A DNA stretch of 64,000 bases, taken from Proteromonas lacertae (taxonomy: Eukaryota). The notes under the pieces are model-generated. The model was not told where the DNA came from and ran no database searches. It saw only the letters and a program-made list of their open reading frames with translations. Both the position numbers and the translations under genes were made by a program. Shown here piece after piece: positions 51,988 through 64,000 of this stretch; position 1 is the stretch's first letter, and every line of letters starts with the position of its first letter. The stretch covers positions 1 through 64,000 of the forward strand of contig NGBS01000610.1 in assembly GCA_002245135.1 (NCBI GenBank), read 5' to 3'.

Positions 51988-54900
51988 ATGTCCGGTATTG
52001 ATGAATCCTTGGTTTCAGAGATGAGTTCTATAGACTTGTCAGATGAACAAAGACAAACTTTTTTAAGAGTTTGAAGTTTTTTATTTTATTTTTATAGGAG
52101 TTATTAAGGCTCGATGCAGAGGATAAGTGTAACGCTAAAGAGTATAAATATATACTCGCCATTTTACATGAAGATGCGATAAAGTATACAACTACCTGCT
52201 CATTTCTTCTAGTAATGCCGCTCGTACATTTGAAATTCGACAGAAAGATATTGATCCACCTTCTGATAAAGTAAATGAGTTATTACAGGAGTTTAGAAAC
52301 AAGATTTACAGATTATCTGTTGTAGAGCCTCCTCCTACTGCAAAATCACCCAAAAAGAATAAAAAACCTGTTAAGCCTGTATAGAATATACTTATATTCT
52401 TAGAAAGTCGTAGTTCCAAAAGAAATCTTGGTTAAAAATGCTATGGAGAAGAGATTAGAAGAACTAAAATCAGAATTACAAAATGCAAATCTGTCTACAT
52501 CAATGAGAAACACTCTAATAGATGAATACAGATCATTATCACTGTATGAGAAACAAATTAGCTTAAGAAGTGCTAGAATGCATGAATATCAGTATATTAC
52601 AATATTTTTATAGTATTAATAGGATGAAACTAGTATATTTCTCCTCAAAGCAAAAAGAATTACTATCTCCCCATTGTTATAATTTAAAGCCAACTCCAAA
52701 TACAAAAATAAGTTCAGACTTCAAGCAAACCATAGTTACATTTATAAACAATCGAATAGAAAGCCAATACGAAGAGTTCAAATCATTCTATGAAATTAGA
52801 CAAAAGAAAAGAAAATTAATATGTAAAGCATTACAGAATCATTTCATTGAAGTAGAAAAGAGAGAAGAAAAAGAAAAAGAAAAGCAAGAAAAAAGAAGAA
52901 TATTAGCATTAAAGGAGAATAATATGGATGAATATAAGAAACTAATAGAAAGTGCAAAGAATGAAAGATTGACATTTTTATTAAGTCAAGTATATATATA
53001 TTATTATATTGAATATAGACTGATGAATATTTAAAGACATTAGGAAGTTTAGTGACAATACAAAAAGGAACAAATAATAATGAAAACAATGATAATACTG
53101 AAAGTGATAATAATAATAATAATGAAAATGTAAAATCCTATTATCAACTTGCACATTCAGTAATTGAACCAATTAAGGAATTACCAACAACATTAGTAGG
53201 AGGTACATTAAAAGAATATCAAATAGAAGGTATTGAATGGATGTTATCTTTATATAATAATCATTTAAATGGAATACTAGCTGATGAAATGGGTTTAGGA
53301 AAAACAGTTCAAACTATTGGCTTGTTGTCTTATATTTATGAATTTAAACACAATAAAGGTAAGAATATAATAATTGTACCACTAAGTACTATTAGTAATT
53401 GGTTGAATGAGTTTCACAAATGGTGTCCAACGATTAATGTCATAATGTATCAAGGAGTAAAATCAAACAGAAATAAAATATATACAAACTATATAAAGAC
53501 AGGTAAATTTGATGTGTTATTGACTACTTATGATTATACAATTCGTGATAAAAGTAGATTAAAGAAAACACATTGGAATTATATGATAATAGATGAAGGA
53601 CATAGATTGAAAAATACACAAAGTAAATTAACAGCTGTTTTACAAGAAGAATATGAAAGTGATTATAGACTGTTACTAACTGGAACTCCACTACAAAATA
53701 ATTTACCAGAATTATGGTCATTATTAAACTTTTTACTTCCAGCGATATTTAAATCGATTGATAATTTTGAGAATTGGTTTTCTAAACCATTTAGTGGTTT
53801 AACTGATGATGGTGATGTATTAACAATGGAAGAAAGACTATTGATTATTAATAGACTTCATCAAGTATAAATATATATATATTTAGTGAGTTTTATAATT
53901 GTATTTTTATTAGATTTTGAGACCATTCTTATTGAGAAGAGAGAAGAAATTGGTATTAGATCAATTACCTAAAAAGATAGAGAAAGTTATAAGATGTGAA
54001 TTATCTGGTTGGCAAAAACTGTTATATAATGAAATTCAAGTATATATATATATACTTATTCTTATTATAAATGAAAATAGACAAAACATAAAACACAATT
54101 AAATAGTCACATCTCATTGAACAATATATTAATGCAGTTAAGAAAAGTAGTTAATCATCCATACTTGTTTCTTGAGAATAAACCTGTAATTGATGAAATA
54201 TTAGTAAGATCAAGTGGTAAATTTGTTGTATTGGATAATATATTATCAAAATTTAAAGCTTCCAAACATCGAGTATTGATATTTAGTCAAATGACACAAA
54301 CACTAAATCTATTAGAAGATTTGATGATGTATATTTGATATATAATATTTATTAATAATAATAGATTTCGTAGTTATGCATATTTGAGATTAGACGGTCA
54401 TACTTCACATGATAAAAGAGATTTATATATGAATCTATTCAATGAAGAAAGCAGTCCATATTTTGTGTTTTTATTATCAACAAGAGCTGGTGGTTTAGGT
54501 ATTAATTTAGCTACAGCTGATACAGTTATTATATTTGATAGTGATTGGAATCCACAAATGGATTTACAAGTATATTTTTATCATTTATTTATTTATAAAT
54601 AGGCTCAAGATAGAGCACATCGTATAGGTCAAGAGAATGAAGTATTAGTTTTACGATTAGCTACAAATACACCAGTAGAGAATAAGATATTATGTAAAGC
54701 ACAAAGTAAATTGAGTTTAGAAAGTTTAGTAATTGATGCTGGACAATTCAATAAGAAAGGAAATGAAACTATTGATGATAAAGAGAGATTTGTGAATGAG
54801 TTGTTAGAATATGATGTAAATTCGAATAATTTAAAAGGTGATGACGATGATGATGATGATGAAATGAATAATATTAATGAACTAATATCAAGAAATGATG

Positions 54901-55966
54901 ATGAAGTTATTGATTTTAATCAATATGACACGGAGTATATATATAATATCTTTTGTTATTATTATTTTGAATAGAAATCCACAAGGAAATGATTATTTAT
55001 TAGCAAGTGATAATATACCTCAATATATATTAGAAACACCAAGGTATTTTATTATTTAATATATTTGTTTAATAAATAGTACTCCATTAGAAGCAGATAC
55101 ACCATCAGATGCAGAATCTATTAGTTCAAACAGAAATAGTGTGAAAAGAAGCAGAACAGATGAAAGTGAAAATGATAATGATAATTCAGACTCAAAAAGA
55201 AGGAAAGTGATGCAATTTGATACAATTGCAGATGTATTAATAAATGATCCATATTCATCAAAGTTATATTATGTATTTATTATTACTTTGATATTATTAT
55301 TCATTAGATTCAAAAACCAAAAGGAAGACCAAGAAAGAATAAAACTCCAAAACCAGATTTTATTAATGTATTTATTTTGCATATTATTTTATTTATTAAT
55401 AATAGAGTGAATTGGATTACAAATATAGAGATATACTTGATGAACAAAAGAATGCAAATGAATTAAGTGAAGAATTGTCTAAAATATTCGAATCATTACT
55501 AAAAGAAATACCTGAAAATGATATTTCAGTGTTTATGAATTTACCATCTCAACAAGAATATCGAAGTTATTATATTATGGTTCTAAAGCCAATTAGTTTA
55601 ACAACAGTTAAGAATAGAATTAACAAGAAAAAGTATAATAGTTTTTATGAGTTTTATGTTGATGTTAAATTATTGGTTCAGAATACATTAATGTTTAATT
55701 TAGATGGTAGTGAAATATCAATAAATGCTTTAAAGATATTAAATACAGTAAAGAGATTATTAATGGATAATGAAAAGATTAAAAGAAGTATTGAAGAATA
55801 TGAGAAAGAAAAAGAGATTGAAGAAAAGAATGAAAAAGATGTGAAAGTAAAAGAGAATGAGAAAATGGAAGAAGAAGAAGATAATAATGGTGATAATAAA
55901 GAAAAGGAAGTAAAAAATATAATTGAAGAGAATAATGAAGATGATGATGAAACTTTTGAATTATAA
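51988..55966 (+). CDS. SNF2/BRM (SMARCA2/4-like) chromatin remodelling ATPase
   Basis: HSA-like helix, [55 protein letters not shown]-hook KGRPRK, C-terminal bromodomain. Confidence 0.95.
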
Positions 55967-56097
55967 TTTATTTTATCATTTTTATTTTATTAGTTTTTTT
56001 TTGTTAATTGTATAAAATAATAACTTTTCAATCTAAAAAACATTAACAATACACCTTACATCAAATAAAACGTATATAAAAGTATAAAATGATTTCA

Positions 56098-59000
56098 CTA
56101 AATGTTATATTTCATAGTCGTATTTGCTGCAACTCTTGATTCTCTTTTCACTTTCATCATTCTCCAAACCATACAACCTACAAAAGTTACAATTAATACT
56201 ACAACAATTCCACCACCTACTGCTATTCCGATAATTGCACTATCACTTAATCCTTTTGTATCATTTGAATTATTTGAATCATAAGCATCAGGAGTATGAT
56301 TATCATCTGAACTATCAGAATTATCAGAAGGATTTATAGAAGGATTATCAGTGGTTGGTTCTACAGTTATTGTTGGTTTTATAGTGGTTGGTTGAACAGG
56401 ATTTGGTTTTATAGTGGTTGGTTTCATAGTTGTTGGTTTAGATGTTGGTTTTGATGGTTTAATCACAGTAGTCGGAGTATCAAACGAATATTTTTTACCA
56501 TTTATCTCAACATTTACTTTAGTGTAGACATATTTCTCTTCAGTTTTTGGAGCATTTATTGTATATTTATAACCATCATAAACAAAAAGATCAGTTTTTG
56601 CATTTTCACCTTTTATTTGATATCCAACTTCATTAGAATATATTGGTCTGATATTTTGAATTTCTACATCTTTATTAAACTTTATTCGATCTATTTCACC
56701 CCAACCACCTGTTGCTTTATTCATTTCTTTAAATGTCAATTTATAAGAAACACTATTTAATCCACTCAAATCATTCAAATTTTTAATATAATCACCCATA
56801 TCTGTTTCTACTGTCATTACTAAATCGTTTGGAACAACTCCTTTAAAATCTACAAATACATAGTCTATTTCAGTTAAATATAAAACTGGATAAACAAGCC
56901 ATTCATCAGATTTAAGAGATACTGGATATAACATTGATCCAAATGAATATTTGTCATTTGGTATTGCAGCTGGAGACAGTTCTATTTCATTATTATCATT
57001 ATATTCAAAAGCAACTCGATTTCCATTTTCATTATGATAAAGAACAAATGCATTATAATATGTCACTTTTCCATCTTTATCTTCAACTATTACAACTCCT
57101 TCAGCAAATCCATCAGTTTCAAATGCAGGTAATAACTCAATAAACGTTTTATCAACCACTTTTAATTCTCTTTTATTACCAAAGAAATCAGTTACATAAG
57201 CTCTTCCACCTTCAGGTACAACTATATTACTACCATATATCAAATTATTAATTCCCAAATCTTCAACTGGAGAACTTGCATCATTCAATTTGGATCTTTT
57301 AACTGAAGCATATTGATAATTCTTTCTACCAAGACCTGAATAGTATTGTCCATCCATTGTTACTGTTATACATTTAGAGCCATTATCACCGTAACATACT
57401 TTGGATTTTGACAAATCATTACCACTATATGAAACAATTACTTTTCTTCCTTTAACAAATTCATTTTTCTCTGTATATACTCGAGGAACATTCTTGTTTC
57501 GATTGTTTTCATTAACAATATAATACCAACCATTTGGTTTTGTTGATGGTTTGTTGCATGTATAACCACTTTCATCAGAATTCTTTTTACAGTTATGAAA
57601 ACTTGGAGAAAATTTTAAAGAAGGTAAACCACTTGGAGGAGTTGATGGAGGAGATGGTTTTTTGTTTGGATAACATTCTATCTCCACTTCAGCATAACTT
57701 GCTTCATCATAGTTTCTCTTGTCTTCTTTCACTATTGCTTCTTCTAAACTCTCTTTCAACACTGACTTATAAATTTTAGTCACTCTAATTCTTAATGTTC
57801 CAGTATCAAAATCAGATGGATAGTAATCAACTCCTGGTAATAATGAACTGTCAGCTAAAGAATTAATCTTGTCAATATTTGCATCTAAATAATTACTGTA
57901 TCTACTTCCACCAATTAACAGTCTTATTCCAAAGTCTTTAGCACTTTGAAGTGTTGGATTTTGTTTATATTCTAAGATCAATGTACCAGATGTTCCTGAA
58001 GTTCCTGTATATTTAGAGGTAAAACTGGTATTCACTAATATTCGAATAGATATACAGTTATATTTGAACGGAATTCCATCAAATACTTCTTCATCATTGT
58101 GATATGATTCATTTTTACCTAAAAAGTATCTCGAATATGGATGATCATTTGCATAAATTCTATATTTATGAACTCCAGTTTCAATATCTTTGTATTGCCA
58201 CAGCTCTGGTCTGTTTTGTACTATTATTTCTCTATATTCAGAAGTTGGAACAGGATATTTCCATGAGTTACAATTACCCATATATGATCCACAATCATTA
58301 TAATTATCAACAACATCAAAATTATAGAAATTACCTGTTTTATCTACTGTCTTTATACCACTATGATCAAGTCCACAACTATGACCATACTCATGAATTA
58401 GTACTCTCACTCGAGTATTCTCAATATCATCACCAACTTCAATATTTCCTTTAGATATTAACCAAGAATTTTCATTTTTATTTGCAATTTTTGCTGGAGT
58501 TCCTGCTAGTGCCAGACCTGACCATGAAACAGGGAAAGTATCTGTAATATACCATTGAACTCCTACATTAGGAATTGGCTTAGTCTTTTTTGCTTCTTTT
58601 GACAATTCTAACATTAATTTCCAAATATTATCACTGTCATATAAAGCTCTACTTACTGATAGACAGTCACTAATATATAAATCATCTCCTTGATATATTC
58701 TGATTTGATTGGCTGACCATAATCTCATTCCTAACTCCACATATTTCACATAACTTCTAATTCTATCTATAGAATAGCATATAGAAGGATTATCTTTATT
58801 AGCACCTCTCAATATAGCTACATGTAACATTGTGTTAAACATTGGCGAGTATGATCCAGTTGATAATTCGATTTTCGGTTCAGGTAAAGGAAAGAAGTGT
58901 AGAAGGGTTATTTCATGATCAATTATATCAAATGTGGCTATACCTTTACCAGCACGTAATTTGAACTCTTCTGAATTCATAACCTTATTTAAGTAATCTT

Positions 59001-59115
59001 GTTTATATTTTAAATATACACCTCCATGAGTATCAAAAGCAGCATCTACGGTGGCATTAGTGATTCTTTCTCCACATATCACAGTAACAAACAAAAAGAA
59101 TAAAAAAAAATTCAT
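56098..59115 (-). CDS. Type I membrane zinc metalloprotease (metzincin, M11/gametolysin-like), single exon
   Basis: Signal peptide; HEYGHSCGLDH followed by YNDCGSYMG Met-turn; Pro/Thr KPTT stalk; TM IIGIAVGGGIVVVLIVTFVG; short tail. Confidence 0.85.
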   Translation of the reverse strand: MNFFLFFLFVTVICGERITNATVDAAFDTHGGVYLKYKQDYLNKVMNSEEFKLRAGKGIATFDIIDHEITLLHFFPLPEPKIELSTGSYSPMFNTMLHVAILRGANKDNPSICYSIDRIRSYVKYVELGMRLWSANQIRIYQGDDLYISDCLSVSRALYDSDNIWKLMLELSKEAKKTKPIPNVGVQWYITDTFPVSWSGLALAGTPAKIANKNENSWLISKGNIEVGDDIENTRVRVLIHEYGHSCGLDHSGIKTVDKTGNFYNFDVVDNYNDCGSYMGNCNSWKYPVPTSEYREIIVQNRPELWQYKDIETGVHKYRIYANDHPYSRYFLGKNESYHNDEEVFDGIPFKYNCISIRILVNTSFTSKYTGTSGTSGTLILEYKQNPTLQSAKDFGIRLLIGGSRYSNYLDANIDKINSLADSSLLPGVDYYPSDFDTGTLRIRVTKIYKSVLKESLEEAIVKEDKRNYDEASYAEVEIECYPNKKPSPPSTPPSGLPSLKFSPSFHNCKKNSDESGYTCNKPSTKPNGWYYIVNENNRNKNVPRVYTEKNEFVKGRKVIVSYSGNDLSKSKVCYGDNGSKCITVTMDGQYYSGLGRKNYQYASVKRSKLNDASSPVEDLGINNLIYGSNIVVPEGGRAYVTDFFGNKRELKVVDKTFIELLPAFETDGFAEGVVIVEDKDGKVTYYNAFVLYHNENGNRVAFEYNDNNEIELSPAAIPNDKYSFGSMLYPVSLKSDEWLVYPVLYLTEIDYVFVDFKGVVPNDLVMTVETDMGDYIKNLNDLSGLNSVSYKLTFKEMNKATGGWGEIDRIKFNKDVEIQNIRPIYSNEVGYQIKGENAKTDLFVYDGYKYTINAPKTEEKYVYTKVNVEINGKKYSFDTPTTVIKPSKPTSKPTTMKPTTIKPNPVQPTTIKPTITVEPTTDNPSINPSDNSDSSDDNHTPDAYDSNNSNDTKGLSDSAIIGIAVGGGIVVVLIVTFVGCMVWRMMKVKRESRVAANTTMKYNI

Positions 59116-59181
59116 TTTTGTAACGGATATTTAAGAAAATTTTGAGTAAAAACACAAATAATCATAATAACAACATAATAC

Positions 59182-61090
59182 TTAAGCAAATGAAAAAGAA
59201 TTACTCAAAGATGTATCTGAAGGGAAAAATTCTTCTTTGTAATTATAATTCAAAGGTAATATCTTCTGTTTCGTATCTACCTTCATATGATTCACTATTA
59301 ATGATGCATAACTACCATCACAATAATCATTAACATTATAATAACTGATTTCTAATTTCTTCTGGAAATTTCTAGTAAATACAGTAACATCACTTAAATA
59401 GTGATTTAATAAAGATTCTAATTCCCAAAGTGAACTATTACCAGCATTTGTATCTTCATCTAATTCTAATGAATAATTATATGGGTCAGACTTATATAAA
59501 TCATTAACATTGAAGTTAGAGGGTGGTGAAGTAGTATATTCACTTTTATTGTCTTTGTTATCATCATTTTCTTCATCATTATCATCTTCATTATTTTGTT
59601 TATTTTTCAATTTATCAATCTTTTCTATTTTCTTTTTCAATCTATCAAAAAATGATTTCTTTTCATTATCATTATCACGATGTAGTAAACAATAAGCAGG
59701 TTGATGTTTTACAATTAAATTGTATATAACAGGTAATATAAAAAGTAAAATATCAGGTGGTACAAATAATGAAATATGTGACAATTTTTTAATGAATGAT
59801 AAAATCAAATTCGCTGATAAATGAGATGACATTAAAAATTGGTTTAATAAATTTAAAAATTTAGCTTTATTTCTATTTAACAATAATAATCATAATAAAT
59901 ATACTTCATCATAAACAAGGAAGGTTCTAATACATGATATAATTGGTTATAAAACAATGGATAATCTAAACCATATTCATTCATTAATATATATAATGAT
60001 TCTAATGACAATACTGAATAATATCCACCAATTGAATAACACCTTGTTAGAAAATCGGATAGAAGAAGTGGATTTAATAGATTATATAATATATCATTTG
60101 ATAATATCTTTAATATTTGTTTGTATTTATTCTATTCATTATATATATTTATTTATACTTGAGATAATGGAAGTGATAAATATGAAATCCAACAATTCGA
60201 ATAGAGTGCTTTAAATGCATTTTGATTGAGGAATTTCAATGTTGATTTTTTTATATCTTGAGGTGGTAAATCAATCTATATAATATAATATAATATAATA
60301 TAATACAAATATCAGTGGTAATTCATCTTCTTTTAATATAGTTTGTTTGATTGTTAAAAGTTTATATCCATTTTCTATTATTCTTTCAATATCATAAATA
60401 TCTTTATTATTTTTGCTATTTTCTTCAGTTTTTCTTTTCTTTTTTGGATTTTCTATCACTTGTGATGATTGGAATTTTTCTAAAATATTATAATAATATT
60501 TTAATGCATAATATTTGATATCTTCATATTTATTATAATATTCGTTATAAAATATCACTCTACAACTTTCAGGTAATGGATTAAATTCATCTTTTTTAAA
60601 CATACTAGTTACTATTGTATTGAGTATCTCATTTTCGTCGTATTTTGCAGAATCAGTCATTTTACTTAAAAATGTCAATAATACACGTATTGATGCTTCT
60701 TGTAGTTTGGTTGAATGAGTAGCAGTAAGGAAAGATGCTAGTATTTCAGTACATTTATTATATCTTTCTTGTAACCATGATCTGTATTTTTCTAATGCAT
60801 CTTTCAGTGTACCTGATACTTTGTTAGACACGGAGCTCATTGATCCTTTGTCGAATAGATGTACAAAAGTATTTCTACAAGCATTTAATGCATGGAATGC
60901 TATATTCTAGTAAAACAATAATATAAAATGACATACTTCATCATCATTACTTAAATATTCAATCAATTGGTTTAAGTCTAAATGATATTGTGAATCTTAT
61001 ACTATTAGTATTTTGAACACTTGTTTTGATGTTCTCTTCACATTTTAAAATGATTGATTTAATTTTTGGATCGATATTGCTTGTTGACAT
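59182..61090 (-). CDS. NOC4L: Nucleolar complex protein 4 (CBF/Mak21 domain)
   Basis: NPLLLSDFL, GLDYPLFYNQLY, SSHLSANLILSFIKKL, SSLWEL..L.NHY. Confidence 0.9.
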
Positions 61091-61160
61091 CAAGAAAATG
61101 ACAGAAATGAATTTCGAGGTTCGATCAGATCGTGATCATTTTTTATCATTTTCTCTACAA
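61091..61160. promoter_or_regulatory. Probable bidirectional promoter between NOC4L and NLE1
   Basis: 70 bp between two divergent ATGs; contains GATCAGATCGTGATC. Confidence 0.5.
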
Positions 61161-62732
61161 ATGAGTGAAAACCCAGCTAAAAGAAGAAAAACTTCAGAAA
61201 CAGAATCTGTAGAGCCATCCTCAATGATCATAACATTGAAAGGACCAGATGTATCAAACCATTTTTTAAAATCTTTATAGGGTGAGATAACAGGGCCACA
61301 AATGGATTTGCCATTATCCACAACGCCACAACAATTGGAACAACTATGTAATCAGTTATTAAACAATGAAGAATCAGTTCCATATGCTTTCTATGTAGGT
61401 GAAGATGAAATAATGACATCAATTCAGCAAATTGTCGATCAAAATGTATGTATATTCATTAAAATTAACATAAATAGAATATATCAACAGAAACTGTATT
61501 AGAAATAAGATATCAACCTCTGTCAATATTCCGTGTAATGCCTGTCACTCGTTGCACAGATACATTACCTGGTCATACAGAAGCAGTATTACATGTTTCA
61601 TTTAGTCCAAATGGCAAAATCCTTGGTTCTGGAGGAGGTGATTGTGTAGTACGATTTTGGGATGTATATACATCAACTCCATTATTTGAATGTAAAGGAC
61701 ATAAAAATCACGTATTATCAACAGCTTGGTCTCCATCTGGACATTATTTCATTTCTGGTGATAGAAATGGAGCAATAATCGTATGGAACCCTAAAGCAGG
61801 TAAGAAGAAAAACCCTGTACTACTCGGACACAAAGGATATATCACTTATTTATGTTTTGAACCATTACATTTAAACAAAAAGTGTAATCGTTTTGCATCA
61901 AGTTCTAAAGATGCCACTGTTATTATATGGAATATTTCTACCATGTCTAAAGAATTTCTAATATCAGGTCATTCATCTTCGATTGAATGTGTGAAATGGG
62001 GAGGAGAAGGATTGATTTATACAGCTTCTAGGGATAGAATTATTAGAGTATGGGATGCTGAAGAGAAAGGAAAACTGGTAAGAACCCTAGTGGGACATGC
62101 ACATAGAATTAATTCATTAGCTTTGAATACAGATTATATATTGAAAAGAGGTGGATATACACATGAAGATAAAGTATATAACAACAATAATATAAACAAT
62201 AATACGATAGATGAAGAAATGTATAATGATTCTGTAAAATTATATACAGAGTATATGAAAGGTAAAAATGAGTTGTTAGTAAGTTGTAGTGATGATTTTA
62301 CTCTTTATTTATGGAAGCCAACAATCGATAAACAGCCAATCTGTCGAATGACAGGACATCAACAGTTAGTTAATCATATATCATTTTCACCAGATGGAAG
62401 ATATATAGCAAGCGCTAGTTTTGATAAAAAAATAAAAATTTGGGATGGAACAACAGGTAAATTCATTAATACACTGACAGGTCATGTTGGTGCTGTATAT
62501 CAAGTATGTTGGTCTGCGGATAGTAGATTATTAGCATCTGCATCAAAAGATAGTACTGTAAAGTTGTGGAAACCATCTAATTCTCATGCTTTCTGCACTT
62601 TACCAGGTCATGCTGATGAAGTATATACATTGGATTGGAGTGGTGATGGAGAAAGAGTAGCAAGTGGTAGTAAAGATAGAACTATAAAAATGTATATCAT
62701 ATTTATTTTTATTGAATAGATGGAGGCATTAG
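61161..62732 (+). CDS. NLE1: Notchless homolog 1 / Rsa4 (60S assembly WD40 protein)
   Basis: VPYAFYV, YQPLSIFRVMPVTRCT..LPGHTEAVL, RMTGHQQLVNH, LPGHADEVY; ends WRH. Confidence 0.95.
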
Positions 62733-62892
62733 ACTAACTGTAAAGTGTTTTTTCTCGAAAATTATCTTTTTAGAATTTGTTATTTTTAATTATTATTGAA
62801 TATATGTTTAATACAGAAAAAAAGAAAAAATACACTAAAATATAGCCGTTTTGATTTTACAGTAGAGATTTTTTTGCTTTTTCTAATCAAAG

Positions 62893-63587
62893 ATGAGTGG
62901 TAAAGGTATATTGGTTTTTACAAATGAATAGAATTTTTAAAATGTATGAGTGGAATTAATCAAATGGGAAAAGTAATACAATCTAAGTATATTTTTTATT
63001 ATGAGGATATATAGGGTAGATAAAATTAATATAAGATGCAATAAATTGAAAAAATTGTATCAAGCTGCTCCACAAGCATATAAGAAGACTTATGAAGATT
63101 TGATCAAACAACAGCTATTTCACTTGAAAAAATGAAAGAAATATTAACCAATATAAACAAATTATCTTCAACAATTGAAACATGTAATGAAAAAATAAAA
63201 AATACAACAAAATTAAAATTAAAAGAATCAGAAATAAGCGAAATGGCAAAAGAAATTAATGTGGATGTAAAAACTTTTAATGCTACATATAGTAAGGTAA
63301 AAGACTTAGCTGAAGAAATTGATGGAAATATAAATGTGAATGTAGAAGGAGAGATGAATGAAGAATTTAACGAATTTATGAATAGTGAGGCAAGTGCTTC
63401 TGATGTTATTAACGATCCGACCAAATTAATGGAAGAAGCGAATAATATGTTAAGTTCTTTAGGAGTAAGTGGTATGTTACCAACAGAAGTTAATGACCCT
63501 ACTCCAGCGCTTGCAGCTGTTCCATCTGCAGTTCCAGAAACTAAACATGAAGAGAAGAAAGAAGTTGCAGTAGATTTTGACTATTAA
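62893..63587 (+). CDS. Small helical protein with basic N-terminus and acidic C-terminus (possibly ESCRT-III/Snf7-like); one apparent frameshift near 63110-63132
   Basis: Spliced ORF of about 210 aa. Family suggested only by size and charge polarity. Confidence 0.45.
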
Positions 63588-63755
63588 TTGATTAGAAATT
63601 GTTTATTGATAGTTTATTATTTTTATGTAAAATATGTATTTGTTTATGTTAATAATTTGATTGATATAAAGCATTTTAAAGAGAAAAACAACCATAATAT
63701 TCTAATATATTCAAATTACAATATACATAAATAATTCACAAAAAATGACTAATAC

Positions 63756-64000
63756 TTATGTCTTCATAGCTATACCTTGAATTGGTGGGAGATGACCAGC
63801 TGTTTAATATAATATAACATAATATATACGCTGTTCTGGAATATTTGTTGAGATTCTTCTTGGACTTAATATTCTTGACTTTCTAGGAGTCATCCATGCA
63901 GCAGCAGGTGGTAAAACATCGCTTTCATTTATCATAGGTATTAATTCTATTGGTCTATTGGCTCTAACAGGTTGATATCTTGGTGATCTTCTAAATAAAC
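63756..64000 (-). CDS. 3' end of a hypothetical protein (continues beyond window)
   Basis: Open frame RRSPRYQPVRANRPIELIP..., GT-AG intron near 63800-63829, TAA at 63756. Confidence 0.6.

Noticed and set aside
1138..63424. Numerous 60-120 aa antisense or alternate-frame ORFs in the track
   Set aside because: Shadows of real genes in AT-rich DNA with no recognisable motifs.

Overview
AT-rich, very gene-dense eukaryotic DNA with about 33 protein genes or gene fragments, intergenic gaps often under 100 bp, and mostly 22-47 nt GT-AG introns. The architecture resembles Blastocystis/Opalinata-type stramenopiles; this is inference only. No rRNA, tRNA, CRISPR or transposase was seen. Recognisable genes include TBCD, an ankyrin-DHHC palmitoyltransferase, TMEM62, alpha-SNAP, NDUFS7, a cNMP-regulated AGC kinase, CFAP57, MAPK15, SLC34, a SNF2/BRM remodeller, NOC4L and NLE1. 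Three observations stand out. (1) Four AT-starting, U12 (minor spliceosome)-like introns: two clean AT-AC and two apparently AT-AA or AT-AT. (2) An alpha-2-macroglobulin/thioester protein with an intact GCFEQ motif and a predicted lipidation N-terminus instead of a signal peptide, bracketed by a 357-bp near-identical direct repeat. (3) A rearranging pseudokinase-LRR gene family that supplies that repeat. Scattered single-base frameshifts in conserved genes suggest assembly indel errors, so exon models and pseudogene calls are provisional. All alignments and counts were done by eye.
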